From contig JALDZS010000118.1 in assembly GCA_022813965.1 (NCBI GenBank), positions 1-64,000 of the forward strand: DNA of 64,000 nucleotides, in the 5' to 3' direction. The position numbers and the translations under genes are program-made. This stretch comes from Toensbergia leucococca. Taxonomy: Eukaryota. This document shows, one piece after another, positions 13,836-26,498 of this stretch. Position 1 is the first letter of the stretch. The number at the start of each line of letters is the position of its first letter. Below the pieces are notes generated by a model that was given only the letters and a program-made list of their open reading frames with translations, was not told the origin of the DNA and made no database searches.

Positions 13836-16612
13836 AAATAGCTCTTTAGTACTATATACAATTTATAAAAGATTTAGCACACTAATCAAAGATAATATCT
13901 CTTCTGCAGTCTAACTTAAACAATTTCATATCTGTGTCTATAAATAAGACTCTGAATAAGATATGTTATAAAACATTCATTTAAGATTTAACATTCTAAA
14001 TCATAAAGAAGAATAACAGAATAGTTCTAGATATTTTAAACTCTTAAGTTCAAGTATTAGACACAATAGACTTTACTACAATGACAGCTAAGTATTACTA
14101 TAATCACAAGTATTAGTTAACAAACTTGAAGGTTAAAGACTATGTGCAGATAGTTCTACACAAGAGATATTCACTAAATACTTCAGACATCAGATTTAAG
14201 AAGCTTAATATGCAATCTATGAGACTGTTCAAAATCATAGAAAAGATAGAATAACTAATCTATAAACTAAATATTTTACAGAATTCATGAGTGCATCTTA
14301 TATTTATTATTCAATAATTGAAGTCAGTGTTAAACCTTAACTTAAATTTATGTTAATAATAATACTAAAACCTTTAAGTCTTTTAAAGTAAAACATCTAC
14401 TCAACAAAAGAATTATCAAAAGAAAATGTGATGAATTTACAGAATATTTAATAAGATGAAAAGAATATAAACTAAAGCATGACAAGTTTATAAAGCTAAA
14501 GAACTTAGATAATTTTATAAATTTGATATAAAACTATGAAGCTTTTAGAGACAAGCAACTGATACAGATTATAGATAGTAATGCTCTAAAAGTATTAAGA
14601 ACTCAGATAATCATAAAATAAGGATAAGAACAGTCTAAAGAGACCACGCAGTAACTATCACTAGAAATTGCACTAAAACTCTACTTGCTTATAATTACTC
14701 ACTAAAATAACTACAGTAAATTCATTGTCAAGAGCAAAGATTACACAGTCTATCTCTATTGTTAGCAAGTATAGTAAATGAGTTCAAGTCTTACCTTACC
14801 TTTTCATTTTATCCTTTCTTATTTTACATTCACTGTTACTATCTTTTTATTATTAGTTAAGTCAGTTATCATTGACAGTACAGCTTGCTATTATCTTATC
14901 TGCATCATTATTGAGAATTCATGAATAGTCTACAAGCTGATCAGTCTTCTACTGACAATTTACAATTTTTATAATTTTTATTTCATTTAAAAGTTTGTTA
15001 CAGATTCATCACTGTTTTTTCCTTATCATCTAGATTATTAAACCTTTAAAACACCCGCAGATTAATCTACAACACAGTGTTATTAACTATCTTTATTGGT
15101 TCAGTAATTAAAATCTTCTACACTATCTGTACAGCCTGAATTAGTCAAGGATACTCTATCTGCTTCAAGTGTGATAGTTTGAATATCTTCTAATACTTTA
15201 CATACTAAATAATCTAAGGAGATTTCAAGACATCTACCTTTTCTTATCTAATATTTAAACAACATCTGCTGGCAGTACCTAACTAGTATTTTGTCTATTA
15301 TACATTAAAATCATCACTGATTATTTAGCTAATAATTTGAAAGGTTTTAATCATATTATCTCATCTTTAACACTTTTATTACAACATTACTATTATCTTA
15401 AATTTATTATGATTAAGTATAAAGTTGTGTTCACAGAGATGACTAAGGATTCTAAGTTACAAGCGCTAGCTACCTCAGTTAAAAAACAAAAGAAGTCTGA
15501 AAAGTTTATAAATTTCTCAAGCACAAGACAAATAATTATAAAAGTATCTTCATCAATTAGACTTACAGACCCTACTATCAAAGATTAACAATACATACTG
15601 AAAGAGATAAAAAAACAACTGCTTATTAAGACACAACCTTAAAACTATAAACTTCTGAATATTGAATATAAGAAAGAAATATATGAGGTTAAATATACTG
15701 TAAGATATCTGCATCCTGCTGTCAGATTTGCAATTAACAATTTTAGCTTAATAGAAGGATATATCATCACTAATTTCCTTACAGTACTTACTAAGTCTGA
15801 CATAAATATTAATCTTATAAAGTGCATGATAAAAATTATCACAGACTCTTTATAGACAAAAGAATGAGTGAGGATCAATATCAGCAAGATCACTTCTGAA
15901 AAATCTGTCTACTTACTGATCTCAGACAAAACCTTCAAGAAAATGATAGACTATATTAATGAAATTTTCACAGATATTCTTAACACTAAATATCAAGTAA
16001 AGAATTCATTTGATTTCCTTATTAATAAGTGACATATTCTGTTCAATTCTGACTATGCACTAAAAGATAATTATTAGAAAATTGCTAATGCAATGACAAA
16101 GAATCACTGTGACTAAAAGATTCAGATATATACTGAGTATAGACATTAATATGAGTCATATATTTATCTAAGAAAGCAGTAAGAGTAAGAACTTATTAAG
16201 TAAGTATAAAATGTCTATGATAATATTATAGTGTGACCTTATTCAGAGTTAGACTAACCTGAATTAGTAAATTTAAATGACTCAATTAATAAAGAGTCTC
16301 AGCAAATTCAGAAAGATTTCACAATAAATGTTAGAAACTTGATAACATTTTGAGACAATTTTATATCAGTCATTCTATAAATTAAACAATCTACTAAACA
16401 GATTACTTATAAAGAATTTATGTTTACTATAATAAATATAATAAGCAAAGTTATAAATAGACTGACAGATAATAACTAAAGAAGATCACTGAAGCACTGA
16501 CGTTTTTCAGCCTATCTAATTCTAATAAAAAGTTACTGATAATAAATATTAGTGCAGTAAATGAAGAAGTCATAAAAATTTCACTGTCATCAGCAATGTA
16601 TTTATATTATTT

Positions 16613-16770
16613 AGTAGTCCTTATATTATTACTTATTGCAGTTCTGCTATTACTCACTACAGTCTTATTATTACTTATCACAGTTCTGTTGTTACTTATC
16701 ATAGTCTCATTATTATTCATTACAGTTCTGTTATCACTCATTATAGTCCTGTTATTACTCATAGTCTTAG
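16613..16770. repeat. Degenerate 21-bp tandem repeat (about 7 units)
   Basis: YAGTYCTR/YAGTCTYA motif at 16639, 16660, 16681, 16702, 16723, 16744. Confidence 0.8.
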
Positions 16771-16904
16771 ACAAAGACAGTGACTTATTTTTATATTACT
16801 TATTAGTTACTGAGAATTTAAGTTAAGATAAAATGACTTTCTAACATAAAAAGTCCACAGCAGAATCATGAGAACATAAAGAATCTTTTTTATGTGAGGT
16901 GTGT

Positions 16905-17076
16905 TATTACAGTGTTTCTTTCATACTTAGGGCTAGAAGTAATTAAGTGAGGATAGGTAAGTTAAGAACTCTAAGTAACTTGACATAGTCACAGTATATC
17001 TAGTAACTTCATACCTAGATAGCAATTTATCTTTTAATTACACTCAGAATTTAAAATCTCATAAGAGACTCTTACA
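16905..17076 (+). repeat. Family B 3' LTR
   Basis: TATTACAG (RIP form of TGTTACAG)...CTTACA; matches the 5' LTR. Confidence 0.92.
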
Positions 17077-17526
17077 CATGTCTTATACTTAGTTCTTAGA
17101 CAAGGTCTAAGCTAAGAATTAATACATTCACTTGAGAAATTTACTATACTTACTATTAATCTCTTTAACACATTTCTGTCTTATCTTTATATATTTATTT
17201 AATCATAACTCTCACTCATACTTTCTTAAAGAAACAGATTACTAAATAAACTTATAAGCATTATAATAAATATTATAAGAAGTATGCTTTCAAATAGTAC
17301 AGTATAGATAAAAGATGTGTGATATTAATAAAATAAGTAAGTAAGGCTTAAAGGAAACTGCATAGAGATAAAGTGAACATAATACACAAAACCTTTAAAC
17401 AAGTAAAACTTTCTTTAACTGTAAATAAGACTGAGAATAAGAAGATATAAATCAAGAATATATTAAATATTTAGATAAGAGACTAAACTAAAAGATCTGA
17501 AGAAACAATCAATCTTAACTCAGTGA

Positions 17527-17620
17527 ATGAAAATAAGAAAAAAGAAAAGAAGAAAGAGAAAGAAGAAAAAGAAGAAGGAAAAAAAGAAAGAGAAGAAAGA
17601 GAAGAAGAAAGAGAAAAAGG
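17527..17620. repeat. Purine-rich (GAA/AAG) low-complexity tract
   Basis: About 90 nt of nearly pure A/G. Confidence 0.8.
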
Positions 17621-17838
17621 TTCAGGTATTTAATACTGACAATAATAATAATAATAAGAATAAGAAGGTAAAACATATATCTGAGAACTCTTACTCTCAC
17701 ATATAGATAATATCTTACTAAATATTATCTTATAGATTAAAAGTCTCTCAGTCTGTTAGAATTGATTTAAAATCATATCTTATAGCGCAGTATATCTTGT
17801 AAACTAATTATGCCTTATATGATAGATTATACAGTATT

Positions 17839-18002
17839 TGTTACAATGCTTTTTTAGGGCTAAAGTAGTTAGATGAGAATAAATAAGTGAGCAACTCTAA
17901 GTAACTTGACATCATCACAGTATATCTAGTGACTTCACACTTAGATAGCTGATTATCTTTTAATTACACTCAGAATTTAGAATCTTATAAGAGACCCTTA
18001 TA
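17839..18002 (+). mobile_element. Solo LTR of family B
   Basis: Matches 4165-4336; GTATT on both sides (17834-17838, 18003-18007). Confidence 0.9.
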
Positions 18003-18124
18003 GTATTTATGATTAGATTACCTTTTTTACTACTATAAGAGATTTATAATTACTCATATAAAAGTTCAGTGTATTATATCTACATTATCTATCTACATAT
18101 TATTTACACTTAGCAGATAAGCAT

Positions 18125-18535
18125 TTTGTACATGAAATCATCACATTTTTCTATGCATTATAATTAAAAGCATAAGGTATAAAATTAGATATAAGTTAAT
18201 TATATAAGAGAAAACTGTATGTAAAATTATCACATTTTTCTATGTATCATAGTCATAAGCAGAGGTATGAACTCAGGTATAAAACTAAGTAAGTAGAAAA
18301 GAATTGTATGTAATATCATTGCATTTTCCTATGCACTATAGTCATAAGCAGGAGGTATAAAATCAAATAAATAGGGGAGAATTGTATGTAAAATCACCGC
18401 ATTTCCTTATGCACTATAGTCATAAGCAGGAGGTATAAAATTAAATAGATAAGAAAGAATTGTATGTAAAATTATTACATTTTTCTATGCATTATAGTCA
18501 AAGGTAGGCATGAGGTTTGAAATTAGATATAAAAT
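18125..18535. repeat. Tandem repeat, about 5 units of 78-90 bp
   Basis: TTGTATGTAAAATYAYYRCATTTTYCTATGCAYTATAGTCATAAGCAG(G)AGGTATAAAAT recurs near 18126, 18216, 18303, 18381 and 18460. Confidence 0.85.
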
Positions 18536-19823
18536 CAAGCATAAAATTAAGTAGATAAGAAAGACTAAGTCAGCAAATGAGTTCATTCTTCATAGACAGT
18601 AACATAGTGATTATTGAACACAGCTTTAATAAGATAGATATATAATTTATATGAGTTATATTAACTTGCTATGATTTGATTTTTATGATCTGAGGTTTTT
18701 AAGTTATTTTTTGCGGTGTGTAAGTATTGATCTGCCATAGAATATCTGTACTTTTAGCATATTTATAATGCTCTGAATTTCTTGACGTCATTTATTTTCT
18801 TCTTCCCCTGACTGAGTTACACCTAAAAGTTAAACATTTAGCTACCTTGATTCACCTTATCATTCTATTATTATTAGTAAGGTAGTATAATAATCTGAAT
18901 AGGCAATAGTAAGACTATACTGACTGTGCAAAGATCACATTTACCTCTGTCACATTCACCCTTATCACACTCACCTCTGTTTAAGAAGTCAGTCTTATCA
19001 TTAAAGTCCTTTCTTCTTATTCATCAGACTACAGCTCGATTGAACTGTCATTCAGTATTCTTAAGATCTGAACGTGACGGCATTTTTGATGAGTATGACC
19101 TAGCTATTAGAAGAAAGGTCATACCTTTGAAGACTTTCTATGTTTGACTGTTAAGCACAGCAGGTGTGATCAGTGTAAATAAAAAATTATGAGCACACTG
19201 ATAATGAGTATATATTTAAGGGTGACTATAAGACATTGCAATAAGAACTTGAGATGTGATCTTTAGATGAGGGTGATCTGAAATAAGATGAGATGAGTGT
19301 TTTTGCATGAAGGTCATTAGGGATGACAGGCGCAATTTGATCATCATCTCATGCTTTTAGTACTATAAATCAAGGAGATAAAGCTTCTGTTCCCCAGCCT
19401 ATATCCTCAGCCTATATATCACTCAATGAACCCTTCACCATACTGCATGGCAGTCAGGTTCCTAGCTGCCACCTCCTCATGATTGACAGCGCGTTTGGCG
19501 CGGGCAGTAGAGGTAGAAGGCATGTGAATAACCTCACTATTGCCTACTTGAGTCTTTACTAACGTAGGATAATGGGGTGGATTTAGGTAGCTGAATGTCG
19601 ACTTTTTAGGTACAACTCACTCGGGGTTGGGGGGGGGGGGGGGGAAATAAACTGCGCCAAGGAATCCAGAGCATTATGAATATGCTAATTCCGTATCATT
19701 CCGCCGAGTGTCACTGCACAACGACCTACTCGTACATGTTATTTAAAGACTTGTGGTCTTGCAGAAATCGACTGTTGAAATACTGCCTCAGTTCGAAAGC
19801 GGTATGCCCGAGCTTTGACGCCA

Positions 19824-20256
19824 ATGATGACAAATTCAAATCCAGCTCTTCGTTCACAAGTGATGAATATATACAAAGGTAGATACACTCTCTTGAGTTA
19901 TTAAGCTGCTTCATATTATATCTGAGACTTTCAAGAGTTACTTAATCTTGGGAGAGCGTACCCCTTGGGCTATACTTATTTTCGATCTCGTCTACACAAA
20001 GCATTCGCTGCCCAGGCTGGGCTTCAAAACGAGGACGAAATAAAGAAAGGAATTGAAAGGGCCGAATATGTGAAGAAAGGTCAGCAAAACCTAGTGGAGC
20101 TCCATGCCGAATACAATTAACAGTTGATAGCTGTTCAGAGATTGAGGCGCTGTGAGCAATGACTATCGGCTAAATGCTCAATCCAGCTAAGACGTCTGTG
20201 CCAGATATTACCTGAAGAGATATCGAACTTTGCGCCAGCGTTATGAAAAACCCTAG
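19824..20256 (+). CDS. ETFRF1: LYR-motif protein, ETFRF1/LYRM5-like; exons 19824-19878, 19936-20079, 20139-20151, 20205-20256
   Basis: Spliced translation [42 protein letters not shown]...[31 protein letters not shown] introns. Absent from the ORF track. Confidence 0.88.
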
Positions 20257-22221
20257 GACTCTATTGCAGCCCCTTGGATCTCCCGAGGCAGACAAATTGG
20301 TTCTTCTGCTCTGTTGTGAGTCCCATGTGAACGCATTCGTCACTGATGTCAAGCGAATCAGTGGATATACTAGTCTACCAGCTGGGCTCTCCTCAAGACT
20401 CGCTCATTACAGCTTTATTCAGTTTTGAGATTGGTACTCTGCATAAACTTTTTTCGACGACAACGTGTTTGTCCCGACTCATTGTTGCATGAATATTATT
20501 GCTGTCCCCGCAACATCCCACACTCCAAGGAAGGAAACCGTCACACATGGTGACAGTGCTACCCCTGGATTTCCTGGCGACACAAGGTCTGCCTGGGAAC
20601 TGATGTAAGACAATCTTACATGGCAAGCACATCAAAAGCTATTCATTGACGGTTTGTTCTGCCCTATAGAAGGGCACGACGTTGCGTGTCTATATGATGG
20701 CTTGACAAAAGCGATTCGATGTACACAAGAAAGTCCCCGAAACACTCATGAAACCTTTTAATCGATCAAAGCTTTCCCACTAACCCGTAGAATGCCTCTG
20801 TGAAATACGGCCAACCAACTTCAAGATCTGATTAGATCAGGTGAGCCGGTATCGTTCTAACGATGCTTCAGTGAGTAGGAAAATATTGGAGAAGAGGAGC
20901 CGATGAGCCAAAGAGATAATGCAATCTCAATGTTACCCCATTACAACATCATCAACTCCCTCATCACTGTACCCCTAAAAGATCAGATAAATGACGATCA
21001 CTGTTTGTTGAGACTCTCCGGGTTTTTTGGATGGAGCTATGAGTACAAAATTTGGTCCGGTGTAGTCCTCCTTGGTTCTCTTGCTGATAACCGGGGAAGC
21101 TCGAGGTGGTTGGAGGGATTACCTCTTTGAATCCTGCGGTATGAGGGCTTGCGGCATCATTACGATGGGGTTCAAGTTTAGTTTTACCAGGGCGAAGCTG
21201 CCATAGTGTAGCATGAACAATGCGTATTTTAACAGATGAAATTAATAGCCAGTCCTGATAAAAATCCAATTCCCCTGCACTGTCCAACGAGTTGCTACTT
21301 TAGCATCATCTTTCTTGTGAGAAACTTAAGTCCCACATCTCTCTGATCTTATGTACTGTTTACCATTTGTGACAGCTGAACGACGTTTCAAGGCATATGA
21401 AGATATTTATAATTAGCAGTGCAGTATCACGAAGAAATAAACAGCAGATGAACTTAATTCTTAGCTGAGGTTCCGAAATTGGTAGTAGGTGATAGAAAGC
21501 AAAGTGGTACTCGAGAGCTCATTTGGATTGTTTTTCTGTACTCATACGAATATTCCTGATTTGGTCACAAGTAGAATATGCGTCTGCATACGGTCTAGCG
21601 TTTTCCGCAGCGCTGCTCAACTACGAGTAAGGTCGAGCCTGGAGAATAACAGCATCCTAACGTTAACACTACATCCATCTGATCGCGCGTTCTGGCCATA
21701 ACATTCGACTCACGTGTACAGCGCTGGTGTACCGGGCAACTGCGCGATTCAAACCGTGAAGGCAAATGGTAGAGTTGGAACATTGAAGAAGCTGTATGTC
21801 TTAAGGCACATTGATGCGCAACTCATGTTGACATGTTCTATCGCAGTTTATTTTGACAAGACGATATCTACTGAAGAACCTCGACAACCGCGTCCTTGTG
21901 CAATCTATAAAGGTTGAAGTAGTCATTGCAGGCTTAAGTGACAGTTTTCGACTCTGCTATCCCATTTCTATACGATCAGGGCTACTTCAGGGTTGGTTAG
22001 AAAAGGAGTCGGGTGTCTAGGTAGAAGTGAAACAAAGAGGTGAAACTCAAAGCTGTCTCCATAAGACTGGGTGCGAAGTCGACTTATGATCGAACGAAGA
22101 CATCGAAGAAGCCCTCCCCTTTCACCAGATTTGAAACTCCCATTAGTGACTTCATATCGCCTCGTTTCCAACATCCCTGTATTCGACCCACGGTCTTCGT
22201 CGGATCCGCCTGGCCCATTAG

Positions 22222-24588
22222 ATGGCAGATGGTTCCTTCCGGTTCCAGCCTCCTGGGACTGGGCAGTACTATTACCCTCAGCACAACCAACAGAACCACC
22301 ACCAACGCCAACTTGCCCGGAATGGATCGCCAGTTAATAGTGGCAGGGCTGGGTATCACAATGATACTCCATCCCCTTCACGCTCTCCAGTCTCGCAAGC
22401 CTCCTCCCACAATCCTTACGGTATGTTCAATCAGGGCCATCAGCAGAGCCAACATGTCATGATGAATGGGGGACCTGGCCACCAAAGATATATGCAGATG
22501 AGCATGGGTCACAAGTATCAGCACCAGCCTCATCAACAGCATCATAGCCAGCAGAGTCATCATCACCAGCAAAACCACGCTGGGGTCCACGGTGGGCATG
22601 GAGGTATTGGCCACCAGCACACTTTCTCCTCCGGCGCCCTATCAAACTCTACACCCCAGTTCACACCGACTAACCTCAACGACGGAACGCCGAATAGCAA
22701 TCAGGGTGCGGTGGGAGAGCCCCTTAGCGAACACTGGCAACATCAATTACAGCTAGTCGCGGAATCAAGGCAGGCGGTCTCGACCCCACATCATCATTGC
22801 AAAAAAGATGGGGTTTCACGGATGAACAAGAGCTCGATCGGCCCTTCTATAGAGGAGCCGGCACGAGTAGGTGAAGTGGAGGAGCGCAATAGGGCGACAA
22901 CAGATGGCGAGGTCCGAAGACAGGATTGGGACGCCTTAGATCTTAGTGGTCAAGGGCTCCGAGCACTTTCGCCAGCTCTGTTCTCCCATTACCTGTTCCT
23001 TGACAAACTTTACATTGATAACAATAAGCTCACGCAGATTCCCCCTTCCATAGGCAGGCTTAGGAATCTCAGTCATCTGGACGCTTCTAACAATGAACTA
23101 TCGGATTTACCCGAGGAGATTGGCATGCTGGTGAACCTAACATCCTTGCTGGTGTTTGACAACAATCTCCGCTCACTTCCTTACCAAATTGGTTTCCTAC
23201 ACAAGCTCGAAACACTAGGAATCGAAGGGAATTCATTGCTGGATGATCTGAAAGAGGAAATTGTACATAATGGCACGAGGGCCCTTGTTACGCAGCTCAA
23301 AGAGAACAATGCAGGTAGGTACCTGCTTTCCTCGTTTCTTGGGCTTCCTATTTCAAAAGCCAAAGAAACGAGCTAACGAGTCACAGCCGGCCCTGCCCCT
23401 CGGGAGCGCGAATGGCTCATCTATGATGAGACTCCGGCATCTGAAATATTTTCGGTCGTATCGTACAACATTCTGTGTGATATGGCTGCTACTTCATCTC
23501 AGTATGGCTACACACCCTCGGAAGTCCTCGCCTGGGACTACCGCAGAGAAATAATCCTCCGCCAAGTGCGGGATCACAATGCAGATATTGTATGCTTACA
23601 GGAAGTTGACACAGAAAATTACAATGAATTTTTTCGGAAAGAGTTGGCGTACAACGATTATAGGGGTGTCTTCTGGCCCAAGTCAAGAGCGAGAACGATG
23701 ACAGAGAAGGAAGCCAAGCTCGTCGATGGGTGTGCAACCTTTTACAAGAGCAGCAAATACATATGCCTTGACAAGCAACTTATTGATTTTGCAAATATCG
23801 CCATCAATCGACCAGATATGAAGACCGAACATGACATCTTCAATCGCGTTATGCCTCGAGATCACATTGCTACAGTGATCTTTCTTGAAAATCGACTCAC
23901 AGGCTCAAGGATGATTGTTGTAAATGCTCATATTTACTGGAACCCTGTCTTCAACGACGTTAAACTTGTCCAAGTGGCCATCATGATGGAGCAGATATCC
24001 AATCTGGCAGATCGTTGGGCCAAGCATCCGCCATGCACTGACAAAGTGGCGTTTCGACATTCAGAACAAGACTCGGACATAATTTCCGAGTCTCCTGAAG
24101 AGCCGCGAGTGGAGCCTCCTGGTCCATCCCTCGAATATTCGACAGGATCTCAGATTCCCCTTATCATCTCTGGTGACTTCAACTCGTCGGCCGGCACAAG
24201 CGTTTACGACTTAATCACTCGTGGCGCTGTTTCAAATGATCATCCCGACCTTGCGAACCGCGGTTATGGCAATTTCACCCGCGACGGCATGGCTCATCCG
24301 TTCAGCCTCAAGTCAGCTTATTTACACATGAACGAGCTCAACTTCACCAACTACACGGCCGATTTTGCCGGCGTAATCGACTATATCTGGTATTCGACAA
24401 ATGCGTTGCAGGTTCGAGGGCTGCTTGGGAATGTGGACGACCGGTATCTTCTCAAAGTGCCTGGGTTTCCCAATCATCACTTTCCCAGTGATCATTTATT
24501 ATTGCGCGCGGAATTTTCGGTCAAGTCTCGAAAGGAACGAAAGGTAGTGGAGGCGGATTTCGGGCCTCAGAGAGAACGAAGGAATTAG
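22222..24588 (+). CDS. CCR4: CCR4-NOT deadenylase Ccr4 (His/Gln-rich N-terminus, LRR, EEP nuclease); intron 23315-23386
   Basis: LRRs (LDLSGQGL...), SYNILCD, ADIVCLQEV, GDFNS, FTNYT, IDYIWYS, FPSDH motifs. Confidence 0.96.
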
Positions 24589-26498
24589 TTCGCAGCATCT
24601 TGTACGACGTGGCAGGTATCCCGCATCACCTACTGACATTGCGACATCTCTGTACCAAAGTAAATGTCCTCTATGTTTTCTGGCGCTTTGTGTTTGTTGT
24701 TGCTACCCGATGATTCTTGGAAAACATACACAGGTGGCGTCGTGTGTTTTCTCCGCTGGGTTGGGAGATATGGGTATTTAGGGGCGTACGCGGTTGGAAG
24801 TTTCATTTTCGTCCTAGCCGTGATTTGCACATAAAGGAAGACGGTATGCTCGTCTTGGTCGGACGCTGGGTTTCCACTTTCCAGACCTCGCTGTCACGGG
24901 TGTTCTTACGCATTGCGGGCTTCGTTGCAGAGAGACTTTGGTTCTTTGTTGGAGATTCTGCTCCTCTCAAGCGTGGTGAAGGACAACTTTCGGTCTTGAA
25001 TGATCTCTCACATACAATGTTTCTCAGTGATTAACATCACCAATGTTGATGACATGGATTGATCCCACATCACGTCTTTGCTCTATGCCAGCGCTACAGA
25101 AGATGGTGGGAGACAAGCACAGCCAGGGATTTCTTAGAGATACTGCCATTCGTAAAACCTTAGGTAGATTCAAAAGTGCTTAGAGGCTAAGAAAGGTTTG
25201 ACCTCTGCGACTACGATACTCGGACAACATGAGAAAGTACGTGTACTTGATCGAACTCAGCGTGTATGTACACAAGGCTACAGAGGGAAAGGTGAGGTAG
25301 GGAAACAAGTTGTGGCATACGTACACAGCCAGGGAAGCAAGAATAACGAGATGAACTTGAGTAGACGATGCTGTAGGAGTGAATGATCGGGTACGTTACC
25401 TCAGGATATGCAGGGCCAAGTACTGCAGTTCATCACCAGCCATGAATAGTAGAGGTGTAGGCATGTTGGTCGAGTTGAAAGAAGGTCGGTGATATCCTCT
25501 TATGTGGCTTTCTCGAATTCTCAGGTTCCGAGGTTCCACACTTCCACACTTGAAAGCACGATAGACGCTACTTCTGGGTAGCCCCAATAGAGCAGCGTGT
25601 CGACCAATCAGGCCGCTGTTCTAGAAAGAATCGAGTCTGAATCTGATTTGCGGAGTAGTATCCCTGTCAGCCAGCCGCACCAATGTTGGGAGGTAGCTTC
25701 TTCCTCCAGACCAAGTCCATCCACATCCTCATCTTGTCCCAAATCATGTGTGTCCCTCGTCGTTGCCCATCGCTCCTCTTGCCTCTCTTGCCTCTCTTGC
25801 TGATTCTTCCTTCCTAATCCTTAGTATATACTTGTACCGAATGTTGCGCATACATCCAACCTCTCTGTCTCTGCGACGCTGGCGCCGCTTCAGTCCGCCT
25901 GTGAATACAAGATCAAGTGTCGTGTAGAAGGAACTCCCACAGCAACAAAGCACCTCCTTTCTGTACTTGAGTCGAGGAGAAGCTCCTGCCTTGCCGCCGG
26001 AGTGCGGATGCTGTTACTCCTGCCTTTCTGAGTCCTGCACGACAACCACCTTCCAGACAACCAGAGCCATCTTTGCGCTTGACTATTGATCCTACGCATC
26101 TGGACAATATTCCTCTGCACATCTTTGATAAACATAGGAATAGTATTCAGTGTTGAGCAAGACATTTGACCGGCTGAGAAAGTTGCGTCGGTCGAGTACA
26201 CTTTCAGCAAAACCCTCGTGGAGAACACCTAGCTGGACCTTGACTGTGCATGAACTTGCGTTCCGCTTCCTTAGACAAGTGTTGCCCATCTGCTCCTGAC
26301 AACCTTCCAGGTTTGTTTCGTGTTCCTTTCTGGACGGGCAGGCTCGTGTACTACTTCCATTCGTCTACAACCAACGTACAAGCTTGCCGAGTAACAAAAG
26401 TGTCTTAGGATTTGGTGCTAAGACGACAGGGTCGTATTTGAGGGCTTCTGACACCCTTACAAATTACCAAAACTACAAGTCCTCAGCTGGTAGCCGCT

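Larger units (their letters stand above)
9480..14560 (+). pseudogene. pol: Family B integrase and chromodomain relic, split by two insertions
   Basis: HHCC-like region at about 9515-9640; CKFSKEV|LL split at 9807; ...(E)RTN(Q)TV(E)I|AL split at 10264/13836; G(P)FKIIEK at about 14220; EYLIR(W)K(G)Y chromodomain-like at about 14440. Confidence 0.85.
4165..17076 (+). mobile_element. Full-length Ty3/Gypsy chromovirus-like retrotransposon (family B), RIP-inactivated, with two nested insertions
   Basis: LTRs at 4165-4336 and 16905-17076; CATGT on both sides (4160-4164, 17077-17081). PBS-like TAGTAGC (degenerate TGGTAGC) follows the 5' LTR. Domain order is gag-PR-RT-RH-IN-chromodomain. Confidence 0.93.
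1..19400. other. AT-rich, RIP-like mutated transposon block
   Basis: Very AT-rich with CpG almost absent and ORFs broken by TAA/TGA. Duplicated copies differ mostly by C/T and G/A transitions. Base composition returns to normal around 19.4-19.7 kb. Confidence 0.93.

Noticed and set aside
67..15893. Short ORFs in the AT-rich block as functional genes
   Set aside because: Fragments of RIP-broken gag/pol or chance ORFs.
16596..16826. Hydrophobic membrane-protein ORF (also 17515-17700 on the minus strand)
   Set aside because: Artefacts of a RIP-mutated 21-bp repeat and the purine tract.
18125..18535. CRISPR-like array
   Set aside because: Eukaryotic context, degenerate long units, related rather than unique spacers, no cas genes.
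20393..21917. Short intergenic ORFs between the LYR gene and CCR4, and at 57029-57321
   Set aside because: No recognisable domains or convincing exon structure.
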